A DNA stretch of 64,000 bases from an uncultured Enorma sp. (GCF_905210055.1 NZ_CAJLVH010000001.1); one strand, 5' to 3'. Numbered from the stretch's first letter, positions 29,075 through 39,718 are shown. A program made the numbers and translations. The notes: generated from the letters alone by a model not told the origin.

Positions 29075-31207
29075 GTGGCAGATGCTACACCGCATAAGCG
29101 CTCTGCGCATGAGCGCGAACACGCCGATGTGCGTGAAGCGGGGATTGCCGGGGCCTCTTCTTCGGCGCTCTCCTCTGGAGTGAACGCCGCGCGTCCGAGT
29201 GAGAGGCGGGCCGATGCCCCGTTTCGCGAGCGCGATGCCGGCGCATCCATTGACTTTTCCCAAACGCCGCTCGAAAAGGAACTTCAACCGCTCGAGCCGC
29301 TCTCACGCCTTCCCCTGCCCGATGCCATCGAGGCGGTGCGCCTTTCCTGTGAGGCGGCTGAGCACCCGTCTGGCATCGAGCGCTACATCGTTCGCGTCCT
29401 TTCTGAGGTGGATGACGCGCGTCTTCGCGCCATAGCTATGTCGCACCGCATGGCGCTCGCGTTCATAACGCGTATGGACGCGTTCTATCTCAACTTCGAT
29501 CCGACTGGTGTGTCGGAGCGGGACAGGAGCTTTCTGTATGCCGTCGAGGCGGCGCTCAACCGAATCTATCGCGTACTGGTCGCGTTGGGATTCGGGATGC
29601 GGCCGGTGACCTCATCGCCGTCCGAAGAGGCCTGCTCAGTCTATGAGCAGGCAGCATATGCCAATGTGACGTCGTGGGTGGAACGGATCCTTGCCGACGC
29701 GGGGGAGGAGAACCCATGGGCACGTCTGGCAACCGTCTCCTGTGCGCCCGGTGGTGTATGGGATGTGCTCACGCGTTTCGCCACCTTGAGCGAGCAGCTT
29801 GGGCTCATCGTGCGTCTCGACTACAACGTACAGCTCGAACAGGAGGGTCGTGAGCTGTGCATACGATTTGACGCGCCAACCTGGCCGAGCATGCCGGCAA
29901 CCTATTTTGATCTTGAAGAGGGCGCATGGCATGCGTGCGTGGAGGACGAGCGCACGTCGCAGGCTCTCGAGTACGCAGCGCGCATAACCCTTGTGCTTGC
30001 CGCCGCGGGATTCGCCTCGGGCCTCGCAATCGAGCGGTGCGTCGTCGAGGCGCGCGACCTTGAATCGGGTAGCGTGCATACTGTCTTGCTCGAGCGCGAG
30101 CGATTTATGGCAGAGCTTTCCACCTTTGCGTCCGAGCTCGAGGGACGCTCGCTCTCGGAACCTTTGGCGCGCAGAGCGCTCACGGCGTTTCGTGCAGCGG
30201 ACGAAGCTGACAGGGGAGCGCTGCGTACCGACGATACGCACGATGCCGCGGAAGGCGAGCGGCGCGTGGACGAAGCGGAGCGCGTGCGTCATCGCGCGCC
30301 GGAGGATGACCGCCGGGCGCTTTCGCCCATGCTGCGCGATCTGCTCCTTGCAGATACTGCGCACGACCTTGCCGTCATGGAGCCCGAAGACGACCCGTAC
30401 ATGCAGCGTCTCAACGCGTTGCATGCCCAGGAAGATGTCGATTTCGCGGATGCAGAGCGTGGCTACATCGCGTTGCTGGACGAGCTCGAGGCTCAGTGCG
30501 CCACACGCGAGCTACTCAGCGAGGGACCGGTCATCACCAGGTTTTGCGAGAGCTATGTCGGTCGCATCGAGCTGCCGGTGTTCGAGGAAGATCCGACGGT
30601 TCGCATCCTGCGCGCGCCGGACGCGCTCTTCTTCGCGCGGCTCGCGCTCGGCCGCATGTACGCCGACGCCGGAGCGTATGAACGCGCGCTGGATGAAGCG
30701 CGGAAGCTGCTCGACAGCGCGCCGACCTCCATGCAGGCGCATGCGACACTCGTGAACATCCTTGCTCATCTTGAGCGCTATGACGAGGTCGTAGAGGCCG
30801 CGCGGCACGGCCTGCGCGTGGCGTTCGAGCGTGAATCGATCGCGTATCTTTTGTACCGCGCGGCATTCGCCCATTGGCGGCTCGGGGATTTCGAGGCCGC
30901 TGCGGCGTGCTATCGGCTTGTGCGCGGTGCCGGGAAAACGGATGCGCTGGCCGAACAGGAGCTTCGTATGCTGCTGGAAGAGGTGGGCAGGAATGAACCG
31001 CCTACGATCGAGGAGGCGCTGGCGTGCTTGCGAAGCCGGGGGATGGTATGCGCGCCGTGGAGCGACGGCTTCAGGCGTATCGTGGATGCTGCCGTCCTGC
31101 TCGCAGACAACGGGTTCTACTTCCTCGCGGGGCGCTGCGTCCATGCGATGTGGCACGTGCTTGGCAGGGACGAGCTCGGCGTGGTAAGCCGCGCGCTGCT
31201 TGGGTAG
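29075..31207 (+). CDS. Tetratricopeptide-repeat-containing hypothetical protein
   Basis: GTG after AAGGAGG; C-terminal TPR-like helices (ARLALGRMYADAGAYERA; YLLYRAAFAHWRLGDFEAAAACY). Confidence 0.75.
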   Translation: MADATPHKRSAHEREHADVREAGIAGASSSALSSGVNAARPSERRADAPFRERDAGASIDFSQTPLEKELQPLEPLSRLPLPDAIEAVRLSCEAAEHPSGIERYIVRVLSEVDDARLRAIAMSHRMALAFITRMDAFYLNFDPTGVSERDRSFLYAVEAALNRIYRVLVALGFGMRPVTSSPSEEACSVYEQAAYANVTSWVERILADAGEENPWARLATVSCAPGGVWDVLTRFATLSEQLGLIVRLDYNVQLEQEGRELCIRFDAPTWPSMPATYFDLEEGAWHACVEDERTSQALEYAARITLVLAAAGFASGLAIERCVVEARDLESGSVHTVLLERERFMAELSTFASELEGRSLSEPLARRALTAFRAADEADRGALRTDDTHDAAEGERRVDEAERVRHRAPEDDRRALSPMLRDLLLADTAHDLAVMEPEDDPYMQRLNALHAQEDVDFADAERGYIALLDELEAQCATRELLSEGPVITRFCESYVGRIELPVFEEDPTVRILRAPDALFFARLALGRMYADAGAYERALDEARKLLDSAPTSMQAHATLVNILAHLERYDEVVEAARHGLRVAFERESIAYLLYRAAFAHWRLGDFEAAAACYRLVRGAGKTDALAEQELRMLLEEVGRNEPPTIEEALACLRSRGMVCAPWSDGFRRIVDAAVLLADNGFYFLAGRCVHAMWHVLGRDELGVVSRALLG

Positions 31208-31252
31208 CAAAAAGCCCGCCGCCACAAGGGCAACGGGCTTAGAGCGTTCGGC

Positions 31253-31343
31253 TGGCGGAGAGCTGGGGATTCGAACCCCAGATTCCCTTGTGGGGAATAC
31301 TCGCTTAGCAGGCGAGCACCTTCGGCCTCTCGGTCAGCTCTCC
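31253..31343 (-). tRNA. tRNA-Ser(GCU)
   Basis: GGAGAGCTGACCGAG...CTCGC CT GCT AA GCGAG...long variable arm...GGTTCGAATCCCCAGCTCTCCGCCA, 91 nt. Confidence 0.97.
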
Positions 31344-31446
31344 GTTAGCAGCTAACAATATTAGCGTACCCACCGGACGTGTTACAAGGGCGAACTAAAA
31401 TTGCCGTAATTTTATTCAGTCTTCGTTCTCGGGAGGAATTCAGCTC

Positions 31447-31572
31447 GGGACTCAGATTCTCACTCTAAGTGTTTGCGATGCAAATTTTTCCGTTAAAGCG
31501 CTCCTAAACGGATACATCTGCATTCCAATCCAAAACGAGTGAGAATTCCTGTCCGGTACTCAGATTCTCACC
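31447..31572. repeat. Local direct/inverted repeat element (ACTCAGATTCTCAC twice)
   Basis: ACTCAGATTCTCAC at 31450 and 31558, inverted GTGAGAAT at 31539. Confidence 0.55.
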
Positions 31573-31602
31573 TTGTCGTCGAAGTGATAATTACGCCTGG
31601 TG

Positions 31603-32595
31603 TCAAATGCTCATGTCAGCAGTGATGATCATGTTCTCCCGGTGCTTGCGCATGGTCTCCCAAGAGAACGTCTCGGCAAGCTGCTCGGCGGTACGCGGCG
31701 CGGTATCGGGCGCGAGGCCGGCGATTCCGGCGAGCCAACCCAGGAGCGCCGCCGGCGTACTGAAGCGTGTCCTGAGCTCGCCCATATCCAGGTCGCGATC
31801 GCGCTTGGCAAGACGCCGCCCGTCGGGCGCGAGGAGCAGCGGGATGTGGGCGTAGGCGGGCTCCGGCAGGCCGAGCAGCCGCTCAAGGTAGATCTGCCGC
31901 GGCGTCGACGACATGAGGTCGCACCCGCGCACGACCTCCGTGACGCCCATAGCGGCATCGTCGACCACCACTGCTAGCTGGTACGCGAACACCCCGTCGC
32001 TTCGCCGCACGAGGAAGTCGCCGCACTCCTGTGCAAGCACCTGATGCTGCGGTCCGTATACGCGGTCTTCGAACGCGATGGTTCCGCGGGGATCGTCGCT
32101 GTCGGGCACGCGCAGTCGAAGCGCGGGCGGGCGCGTCGCGCGGCGCTCGGCAATCTCTTCGGGTGTGAGACCGCGGCATGTGCCGGCATAGACGGGCGTC
32201 CCGTCGGTTGCATGCGGTGCGCTTGCGGCATGAAGTTCGGCGCGCGTGCAGAAGCATGGGTAAGTGAGCCCGGCTGCCTCGAGCCTCTCGACGGCAGCTC
32301 GGTAGAGATCGACGCGCTCGTGCTGGTAGACAGGGTCTCCGTCCCACTCGAGTCCAAGCCAGCGCAGGTCGTCGAACAAGAGCTCCGTCCACGGGCCGGA
32401 CTGGGTGCGCGGATCGAGGTCTTCGACGCGCAGCGTCACGCTCCCGCCCTGGTTTCGCGCGGAGAGCCATGCCACGAGTGAGGCGTACACGTTGCCGAGG
32501 TGCATGCGGCCCGACGGCGTGGGAGCGAAGCGCCCCACGACGCGTGGAGCTTCGCCTGCACGAGCGCTTTGAAGTGTGTCCTGGGTGGTGTTCAT
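31603..32595 (-). CDS. gluQ: tRNA glutamyl-Q(34) synthetase GluQRS
   Basis: GRFAPTPSGRMHLGN, RVEDLD, YPCFCTR, YQLAVVVDD, VRGCDL, LAKR; no anticodon domain; TATACT 7 nt before ATG suggests leaderless mRNA. Confidence 0.92.
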   Translation of the reverse strand: MNTTQDTLQSARAGEAPRVVGRFAPTPSGRMHLGNVYASLVAWLSARNQGGSVTLRVEDLDPRTQSGPWTELLFDDLRWLGLEWDGDPVYQHERVDLYRAAVERLEAAGLTYPCFCTRAELHAASAPHATDGTPVYAGTCRGLTPEEIAERRATRPPALRLRVPDSDDPRGTIAFEDRVYGPQHQVLAQECGDFLVRRSDGVFAYQLAVVVDDAAMGVTEVVRGCDLMSSTPRQIYLERLLGLPEPAYAHIPLLLAPDGRRLAKRDRDLDMGELRTRFSTPAALLGWLAGIAGLAPDTAPRTAEQLAETFSWETMRKHRENMIITADMSI

Positions 32596-32667
32596 GTCCG
32601 AAAGTATAGTTGAACCGCAACGGAACCTAAAACACGCCCTGGTGCGTTGCCCCGCGGCTTCAGACGG

Positions 32668-32705
32668 AAAACGAAGGAGCCCCCAGGTTCGCGCCTGGGG
32701 GCTCC
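32668..32705 (-). terminator. Strong terminator upstream of gluQ
   Basis: GGAGCCCCCAGG / CCTGGGGGCTCC 12-bp stem plus TTCGTTTT on minus strand. Confidence 0.75.
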
Positions 32706-32866
32706 TCGGAAAAGGGGGGCGATGTAGGCGGGCGGTCGGCGAGTCGCTTCCAACCGCCCGCAAGGGTTGGTAGTTCAGAGCGGAATCCATTCGCACGCAG
32801 ATTATCCGTGCTCTCTGCACGAGCCGAGAAGGTTTCGATGCGAATGGGCTCCGGCATCTTCACTCA
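32668..32866 (-). ncRNA. Candidate structured small RNA (unassigned)
   Basis: Two long stems plus terminator in a gap with no credible ORF; ends approximate. Confidence 0.45.
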
Positions 32867-32992
32867 TTGCGTTCTATACCCAAGCGGGCGCAGGTAAACG
32901 GGCGAACATGCTCCCTCGCAACTCCCACACAAAGATGGATAAATCGCGTAGACTTTTGGGCAAGGCAATTGTCTGCGCGAGGGAGGGGAGCG

Positions 32993-34940
32993 ATGATGCG
33001 AAGCATTCGGAAGGTACTGGTGCTGTGCACATTATTTCTGATGTCTGCGCTCGCTGCGCCCGTGCCTGCGCATGCCGACTCCTACCTGAACGTGCGCATT
33101 GAGGCATCGGTTCTGGGAAATGGCAGCCTTCGCGTGGTCGAGACGCGGGCGTTCAGATTCGACGACGATGGCAACGGCGTGTACTGGACGATCCCTTTGG
33201 CGAGCAACGAACAGGGCGCGGCGTCGAGCGTAGCCATCGACGGCGTCATGGTGGATGACGGGGAAGCGCGTGTTTACCCAGGTACCATCTGCCGAGCTGG
33301 GGAACGATGGGGTCTACACCGTGGAACAGGCGAGAGGCACATGCCGGCTCATGGTGTACGCCCCGCATGCCGAGGACGACGTCCAGCTCGTCTCGGTGGG
33401 ATACACGATCACCGGTGCCGTGATGGCCTGGGAAGATACCGCGGAGCTCTATTGGCAGTTCGTGGGTGCCGACTGGCAGGATGATTCCGAAGATGTCGAG
33501 CTCGTGGTTCGCTTTCCCGACGCTGAATCTGGTTCCGCCACCGTGGGCGAGGACTTCCGCGCCTGGGGGCATGGCCCGCTCGACGGCGCGGTAGCGCTCG
33601 ATGCCGATATCCCTCAGGTGACGTACCGCGTCCCCCGCGTGTCGACCGGTGAGTTCGCCGAGGCGCGCGTGGCGTTTCCCCTCGCATGGGTTCCCCAGCT
33701 TGCCGCGAGTAGCGAGGCGTCCTCCGTGGAGCGTTTGCCGACGATTTTGGAGGAAGAGCGGGCGTGGGCAGCTGAGGCGAATGCGCTTCGCCAGCGTGCG
33801 CGCGAGCAGCGAACGTTTTTAGGTGCCGGCATGGTTGCCGTTCCGGCGCTCTTCACGATGGTGCTCGTTGCACTCAGGTGCTTGCGGCGCGAGTCCAAGC
33901 CGCAGTTTGCCGAAACGTACTGTGACGACGTCCCATCACACGACCACCCTGCCGTTTTGGCAGCGTTCACCGAAAACGGCGCGGTGACGGAGCGCGCGCT
34001 CGTCTCGACGCTCATGAAGCTTACCGCCGAGGGCGTGGTAGGCATCCAGGATATGGAAGAACAGCGGCGCGCGTATCTCAAACGCACCTTGGGCGCTGCC
34101 TACGCAGATGATCCGTTTGCAGATGAAGACGCGGCGTGGGAAGACGAGACGCAGATAGAACGCAGGCAGTACCGCCTCGAGCTGCTTCAGCCCGCGCGCA
34201 AGGACGCGGATGATATCAACGGTGCGGCACTCAGGCTCTTCTTCCGCACGAGCAAGACGACGGCGAGCTTCTCGTCCCTCGGTTCCTATAAAAACGATAA
34301 CCCCGAGCGCTACGAGGAGCTGCGCGTCGACTTCGTCCACAAGGTCTCCGATGCGCTCGAGGCACGCCAGCTCATCGCATCGAAGGGCACGGCTGCCGCG
34401 GTCGCATCCATTGCGATAGGAGGCGTGCTCGCAGCGTTCTCGTTCATCATAGGAATCATCGAGGAGCTCTGGATTCCCATGGTCGCCGCGATAGTGCTCG
34501 CGATTGTGGGCATGGTAATCGGGACGAGGTTCAAGCGTCTGACGCCCGAGGGCGTTGAGCTCCGTGCGCGCTGCGACGCCTTCACGCGCTGGTTGGAAGA
34601 TTTCACGACGCTCCGTGCCGCGGTTCCCGATGATCTGGGCAGATGGAATAACGTGCTCGTGTGCGCCGTCGCGCTCGGCGTCTCCACCGAGCTCGTGCGC
34701 GATCTGGCGCTCCTCGCGCCCATCGAGGGCATCGCCGCTGCCGAGTGGTACCCGTCCTACTGGTGGTACCTGCCGGGCGACGGCCGCCGTGTGACGCCGG
34801 TTCAGCATGCCTCGAATGTGTGCGTACTGCCGAGCGCTGCCGCCGCGGCGAGCGGGTTCAGCTCGGGCGGCGGCGGAGGCGGCGGATTCTCCGGAGGCGG
34901 AGGCGGCGGCGTCGGTGGCGGCGGGGGAGGTTCGTTCTAA
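32993..34940 (+). pseudogene. DUF2207-type membrane protein, frameshifted near 33260
   Basis: Signal peptide and GSLRVVETR in one frame; DTAELYWQFVG, WGHGPL, TM segments and Gly-rich GGGGGSF tail in another; removing one G from GGGG (33260-33263) joins them. Confidence 0.8.
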
Positions 34941-35112
34941 CCGCGTGCCGCTGGAACCGTTCTTGTTTTCGGCGTAAGCGCGCCACTCGGAGGATTCTTT
35001 GCACCGTGTATCGCCGCTCCGCCTATTTCCCTTGCAGATGCGCTACATTAGAGAGCGTATCGGATTTCGTCGCCCGTGCACGGTGGCGACGTTGCGGGCA
35101 AGGAGGGGCTGC

Positions 35113-36747
35113 ATGGGATCTGAGCGGAAAGTCGAACGCGCGCTCATATCGGTGACCGACAAGACGGGCATCGTTGAGTTCGCACAGGCGCTCGTCGAGA
35201 AGTTCGGTGTCGAGATCATCTCGACGGGCGGAACGGCGAGGGCGCTCGAGGAGGCGGGCGTGCCCGTTACCCCCATCGAGGCGTTTACCGGGTATCCGGA
35301 GATGATGGACGGTCGTGTGAAGACGCTCCATCCCAAGGTCCACGGCGCACTGCTTGCCCGTCGCGATTCCGACCAGCACATGGCCGAGGCTGCCGAGCAC
35401 GATATCAAGCTCATCGACCTCGTGTGCGTGAACCTGTATGAGTTCGAGAAGACGGTTGCCGATCCGAACGTGACGTTCGAAGACGCCATCGAGCACATCG
35501 ATATCGGTGGCCCCTCCATGCTTCGTTCGGCCGCGAAGAACAACGATGCGGTGACGGTGATCTGCGACCCAGACGATTACGCATCCGTCCTGGAAGAGAT
35601 GGGCGTACACGGTGGCGCCACCACGAAGGTCACGCGTCGCCGCCTCGCTGCGAAGGTATATGCGCGCACCGCTGCCTACGACACGGCGATTTCCACGTGG
35701 TTCAGCGCGTATCTTGAGCTGCAGAATCGCGAGATCGATCCGGATGATCCCTTCGAGCCGCCCGCGCTGCTCGACCTTCACCTCACCAAGGCGCAGGATC
35801 TTCGCTACGGCGAGAACCCGCACCAGGCTGCGGCGGTCTACAAGCTCACCGGAGAGCTTGCGAACCTCGTGAGCTCGCCGAACCCGCTGGTGGGAGCCGA
35901 ACAGCTTCAGGGCAAGCCGCTTTCGTACAACAACCTGCTCGATGCCGACGCCGCGTGGAATGCGGTGCGCGAGTTCGACGAGCCAGCGTGCGTGATTCTG
36001 AAGCATCAGAACCCGTGCGGCTCCGCCGTGGCGAAGGATGTCACGACGGCGTACGACCGCGCCTTCGCCTGCGATCCCAAGAGCGCCTTCGGCGGCATCA
36101 TCGCGGTGAACCGCGAGGTTCCGCTGGCGCTCGTCGAGCATTTCGCAGACCAGAACAAGCAGTTCGTTGAGGTGCTCATTGCGCCGAGCTATACGCCCGA
36201 GGCGCTCGAGCGCTTGAGCAAGCGCGCCAACCTCCGCGTGCTCGCCACGGGCGGCGCCGAGGGTCACGCCACGCTCGAGGTGCGTTCCGTCGATGGCGGC
36301 ATGCTCGTGCAGTGCGTCGACACGGTGGACGAGGATCCCACCGAGTTCACGTGCCCCACGAGCCGCAAGCCCACGGACAAGGAGATGCGTGACCTCGTGT
36401 TCGCATGGAACGTCGTGAAGACGGTGAAGTCGAACGCTATCTTGATCGCCAAGGATCAGGCGGGTATCGGCATGGGCCCGGGCCAGCCCAACCGCGTGGA
36501 CTCGGCGCTTCTGGCCTGCGAGCGCGCGGAAGACGCTTGCGAGCGCATGGGGCTCGCGGCGGGCGGATTCGTCGCGGCGAGCGACGCGTTCTTCCCGTTC
36601 CGCGATAACGTGGACGTGCTCGCCGAGCACGGCGTCACCGCGATCATCCAGCCGGGCGGATCGGTGCGCGACGACGAGTCCATCAAAGCGTGCGACGACC
36701 ACGATATCGCGATGATCTTCACCGGCACGCGCCACTTCCGCCACTAA
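35113..36747 (+). CDS. purH: Bifunctional AICAR transformylase/IMP cyclohydrolase
   Basis: [56 protein letters not shown]. Confidence 0.98.
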   Translation: MGSERKVERALISVTDKTGIVEFAQALVEKFGVEIISTGGTARALEEAGVPVTPIEAFTGYPEMMDGRVKTLHPKVHGALLARRDSDQHMAEAAEHDIKLIDLVCVNLYEFEKTVADPNVTFEDAIEHIDIGGPSMLRSAAKNNDAVTVICDPDDYASVLEEMGVHGGATTKVTRRRLAAKVYARTAAYDTAISTWFSAYLELQNREIDPDDPFEPPALLDLHLTKAQDLRYGENPHQAAAVYKLTGELANLVSSPNPLVGAEQLQGKPLSYNNLLDADAAWNAVREFDEPACVILKHQNPCGSAVAKDVTTAYDRAFACDPKSAFGGIIAVNREVPLALVEHFADQNKQFVEVLIAPSYTPEALERLSKRANLRVLATGGAEGHATLEVRSVDGGMLVQCVDTVDEDPTEFTCPTSRKPTDKEMRDLVFAWNVVKTVKSNAILIAKDQAGIGMGPGQPNRVDSALLACERAEDACERMGLAAGGFVAASDAFFPFRDNVDVLAEHGVTAIIQPGGSVRDDESIKACDDHDIAMIFTGTRHFRH

Positions 36748-36792
36748 GGCGGCGCGCGGCAACGGAGCGCTGCTTGGCGGTAGATGAGCCGC

Positions 36793-36828
36793 AACGGCCG
36801 CTGAGGGATACCTTGGCGGCCGTTTTTT
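36793..36828 (+). terminator. Terminator after purH
   Basis: aacggccgc / gcggccgtt stem plus T run. Confidence 0.8.
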
Positions 36829-36853
36829 CTACGTGCATCGTGCCTTATTGATT

Positions 36854-36920
36854 AAAAAGCGTAGAAAGCTTCAATAAGAGTCGTTCGAAAAGGTTCTTAC
36901 TGAGGCTTTTTACGCTTTTT
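36854..36920. repeat. AT-rich imperfect 26-bp inverted repeat
   Basis: aaaaagcgtagaaagcttcaataaga / tcttactgaggctttttacgcttttt. Confidence 0.6.
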
Positions 36921-37023
36921 GCACAGAGCGATGTGATTGCGGTCGACGGAGCTCTGCCACGCGAAGCGCCGAGAGGTTGACATCTGGCGCAAGGGGTACA
37001 ATTGATGAAATTCCGAAAGGTTC

Positions 37024-37107
37024 GGCATGTAACATTACCCCAGGGGTTTTCGACATACCCGGTGAGTTTACTCATGTCGAAAAACCCCTGGGGTAATGTT
37101 ACATGCC
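37024..37107. repeat. Family A palindromic element, copy 3
   Basis: ggcatgtaacattaccccaggggttttcgacat / atgtcgaaaaacccctggggtaatgttacatgcc. Confidence 0.9.
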
Positions 37108-37122
37108 AGAAAAGGAGCTGCT

Positions 37123-37773
37123 GTGACAGACACCGCATTTCAGCTGGGCAAACCGGCGCTTGTGTGCCGTTGGCGCCTCGCGGGGCGACATGTGCCGCTC
37201 CTCAACCGGCATATGCGCGCGCTCTCGCAGCGGCGCGTGAACGGTGAGGCGCTCTCGACGAACCTGCTTGGCTGGGTAAAGCAGCATATCGAATGGTCTC
37301 TGGCAGAAGACCCCGCTGCGGTAGCGGATGGTGTCCTCATGATCGTGGTGGACGAGGCGGGGCAAGCAGCGATGAGCACGGGCGCTTATGAGCCTCTGGC
37401 CGACGCATCGCTCGAAGATCTTGCCCTGCGCGCGCAGACGGCTCAAGTCGAAGCATTCGAGCTCGGCGTCGCCCCCGAGGTGCTGTGCACGGCGGAAGAC
37501 GGCGGAATCACCATCGGGCTGTCGACGGATGTTCCGGCGGCGGGTGCGACGAGCTTGGTCGAACATCTTGCACAGACACGCGGCATCGCGCTCAAGCGCG
37601 ATCCGGCACTGCCGTTCCGTGCGGTATCCGGCCTCGTGGGCGGTGAGGCGTTCCTTGTGTCCGACGAGTACGGCATCGTTGCTGTAACGAATGCGGGGTG
37701 CGCACAGGAAGATGCGGGTACCGTCGCGTTCCTTTCAGCTGCCTTTGAAAAGCTCTACGATGCTGTCCGCTAG
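37123..37773 (+). CDS. Hypothetical protein, possibly degenerate class IV aminotransferase fold
   Basis: GTG after AAGGAG; LLNRHMRAL and EAFLVSDEYGIVAV resemble class IV motifs. Confidence 0.65.
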   Translation: MTDTAFQLGKPALVCRWRLAGRHVPLLNRHMRALSQRRVNGEALSTNLLGWVKQHIEWSLAEDPAAVADGVLMIVVDEAGQAAMSTGAYEPLADASLEDLALRAQTAQVEAFELGVAPEVLCTAEDGGITIGLSTDVPAAGATSLVEHLAQTRGIALKRDPALPFRAVSGLVGGEAFLVSDEYGIVAVTNAGCAQEDAGTVAFLSAAFEKLYDAVR

Positions 37774-37812
37774 GTAGCCCCCGTTGATTCATATCGGGTA
37801 AAGGAGCCACGC

Positions 37813-38478
37813 ATGTCCCTCATCTATGTAGTCGAAGACGATGCTGCGATTCGCGGCGAGCTCGTGCAGGCGCTCGAGCGCAACGGGTTCGAAGCTGTGT
37901 GGTGCGAGGCGTTCGATCACGTGGTCGAGGACGTACAGGAGCGCCATCCCGACCTCGTGCTGCTCGATCTCACGCTACCGGGCACCGACGGCCAGTTCCT
38001 CTGCCGTGAGCTGCGAGCCGCCTCCGAGGTGCCCATCATCGTGCTTACCTCGCGCGTGACCGAGATCGACGAGGTCATGAGCATGACCATGGGCGCCGAC
38101 GACTTCATCCCCAAGCCGTATAGCACGCGGGTGCTCGTGGCACGCATTCAGGCGCTGCTGCGACGCGCGGCAGGGGGAGCAGAGCGCACTGTGCTGGAAC
38201 ACAAGGGTGTGACACTCGATGTATCGCGCTCCGTCGCGCAGGCGGCGGGAGGCCAGATCGAGCTTACGAAGAACGAGATGCGCATCTTAAGCCTGCTCAT
38301 GGCGCATGCGGGGACGATCGTCTCGCGCGAGGAGATCATGCGCGACCTGTGGGATTCCGATGCATTCGTGGACGACAACACACTCACCGTGAACATCAAC
38401 CGCCTGCGCGCGACGCTCGCGAAGATCGGGGTGAGCGATTACCTCACCACGCATCGCGGGCGCGGATACTCGGTCTAG
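37813..38478 (+). CDS. OmpR-family response regulator (BceR/GraR-like)
   Basis: VVEDD, LDLTLP, GADDFIPKP, LTKNE, DDNTLTVNINRLR. Confidence 0.94.
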   Translation: MSLIYVVEDDAAIRGELVQALERNGFEAVWCEAFDHVVEDVQERHPDLVLLDLTLPGTDGQFLCRELRAASEVPIIVLTSRVTEIDEVMSMTMGADDFIPKPYSTRVLVARIQALLRRAAGGAERTVLEHKGVTLDVSRSVAQAAGGQIELTKNEMRILSLLMAHAGTIVSREEIMRDLWDSDAFVDDNTLTVNINRLRATLAKIGVSDYLTTHRGRGYSV

Positions 38479-38487
38479 GAGGGGTTC

Positions 38488-39558
38488 ATGAAGTTCGTCT
38501 CCTTCGTGCTCTCGCACGCCTCAACGTGCTTCATACTTGCCATCGTGGTGTTAATCTCGTCTTTCGTGCTGTTCGTAGCCGGCGTGTCGGTGAACATCAT
38601 CGTGTTCACGGCGATTATCGAGGTGCTCGGCACGCTGGCAGCACTTGCGATCGATTGGACGCGCAAGAAGCGTTTCTTCGGGGATTTGGAGGCGTGTACG
38701 AGCGAGGTCGATCACCCGCTGTGGATGACGGAGATGGTCGAGCGGCCGGAGTATCTCGAGGGTGCGATCATCTACGACGCGCTGGGTGCGATCGCGCACG
38801 CGGCAAACGACGATGTCGCCGAATACCGTCGTCAGGTTGCCGATTACCGCGAGTATATCGAGACGTGGGTTCACGAAGCGAAGTCCCCGCTCGCTGCAGC
38901 GCATCTCATGGTCGACAACCTGCGGGCAGAACCTCTTGCCGACGCAGCCGCCGAGAAGGTCGAGTCGATCGATGAAGAGCTCAAGCGCGTGAAGGGCTAC
39001 ATCGATCAGGTGCTGTTCTATGCCCGTTCGGAGGCGTTCGACCGCGATTACCTCATTCGCGCGTATTCGCTCGCAGACCTGGTGGCGGCCGCGTTGCGCG
39101 CGAACGCCTCCACGCTTATCGGAGCGCACGTCGCGCCCGTGCTCGGCGATCTCGATCTCGAGGTGTTCACCGATGAGAAGTGGGTCGAATTCATTCTGGG
39201 GCAGATTATCCAGAACTCAGTGAAGTATGCCCGTTCCGAGGAGCCACGCATCGAGTTTTCGGCGAGGCTCGTGGATGTGGGGAGCGCCGATGAGCGCGCG
39301 GAGCTCACCGTGAGCGACAACGGCTGCGGCGTGAGTGCCGCCGACCTGCCGCGCGTGTTCGACAAGGGCTTCACCGGGGACAACGGTCGCACTGGCAAGC
39401 GCTCGACGGGTATCGGCCTGTATTTGGTGAAGCGCCTCTGCGACAAGATGGGTGTGGGCGTTGCCGCATCCTCGCAACCGGGCGAGGGCTTCGTGATCAC
39501 CCTCACCTTCTCCCGCAACAAGTTCCGGTTCGTCGACCGGGGGGGGGCACTCCTCTGA
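38488..39558 (+). CDS. Intramembrane-sensing histidine kinase (BceS/GraS-like)
   Basis: Two adjacent TMs, WVHEAKSP, TDEKW..FILGQIIQNSVKY, DNGCG, STGIGLYL. Confidence 0.93.
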   Translation: MKFVSFVLSHASTCFILAIVVLISSFVLFVAGVSVNIIVFTAIIEVLGTLAALAIDWTRKKRFFGDLEACTSEVDHPLWMTEMVERPEYLEGAIIYDALGAIAHAANDDVAEYRRQVADYREYIETWVHEAKSPLAAAHLMVDNLRAEPLADAAAEKVESIDEELKRVKGYIDQVLFYARSEAFDRDYLIRAYSLADLVAAALRANASTLIGAHVAPVLGDLDLEVFTDEKWVEFILGQIIQNSVKYARSEEPRIEFSARLVDVGSADERAELTVSDNGCGVSAADLPRVFDKGFTGDNGRTGKRSTGIGLYLVKRLCDKMGVGVAASSQPGEGFVITLTFSRNKFRFVDRGGALL

Positions 39559-39596
39559 GGTGACCCAATAAGGGACAGGTGCATTTTGGGACATCC
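39559..39596. repeat. GGGAC-loop stem-loop repeat (family B) copy 2
   Basis: gtgacccaata-AGGGACAGGTGCA-ttttgggacat. Confidence 0.8.
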
Positions 39597-39718
39597 CGCA
39601 CGCGGCGAGCGAAGCGATGCCGCCCAACCCCGCATCCGACCCTTTGAGTGGGCGAATCGCGGCAACCCGAGGTACCCCCCTCGCCCCCTCCGCCCGCTCG
39701 TGCAAGTAGGTAAGCGCA

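Noticed and set aside
28857..31252. Genomic island between tRNA-Arg and tRNA-Ser
   Set aside because: No integrase and no duplicated tRNA end; one ordinary TPR gene
34941..35112. ZMP/ZTP (pfl) riboswitch upstream of purH
   Set aside because: Only a simple hairpin; the GACUGGCG and CGCCUGGGC signatures are absent
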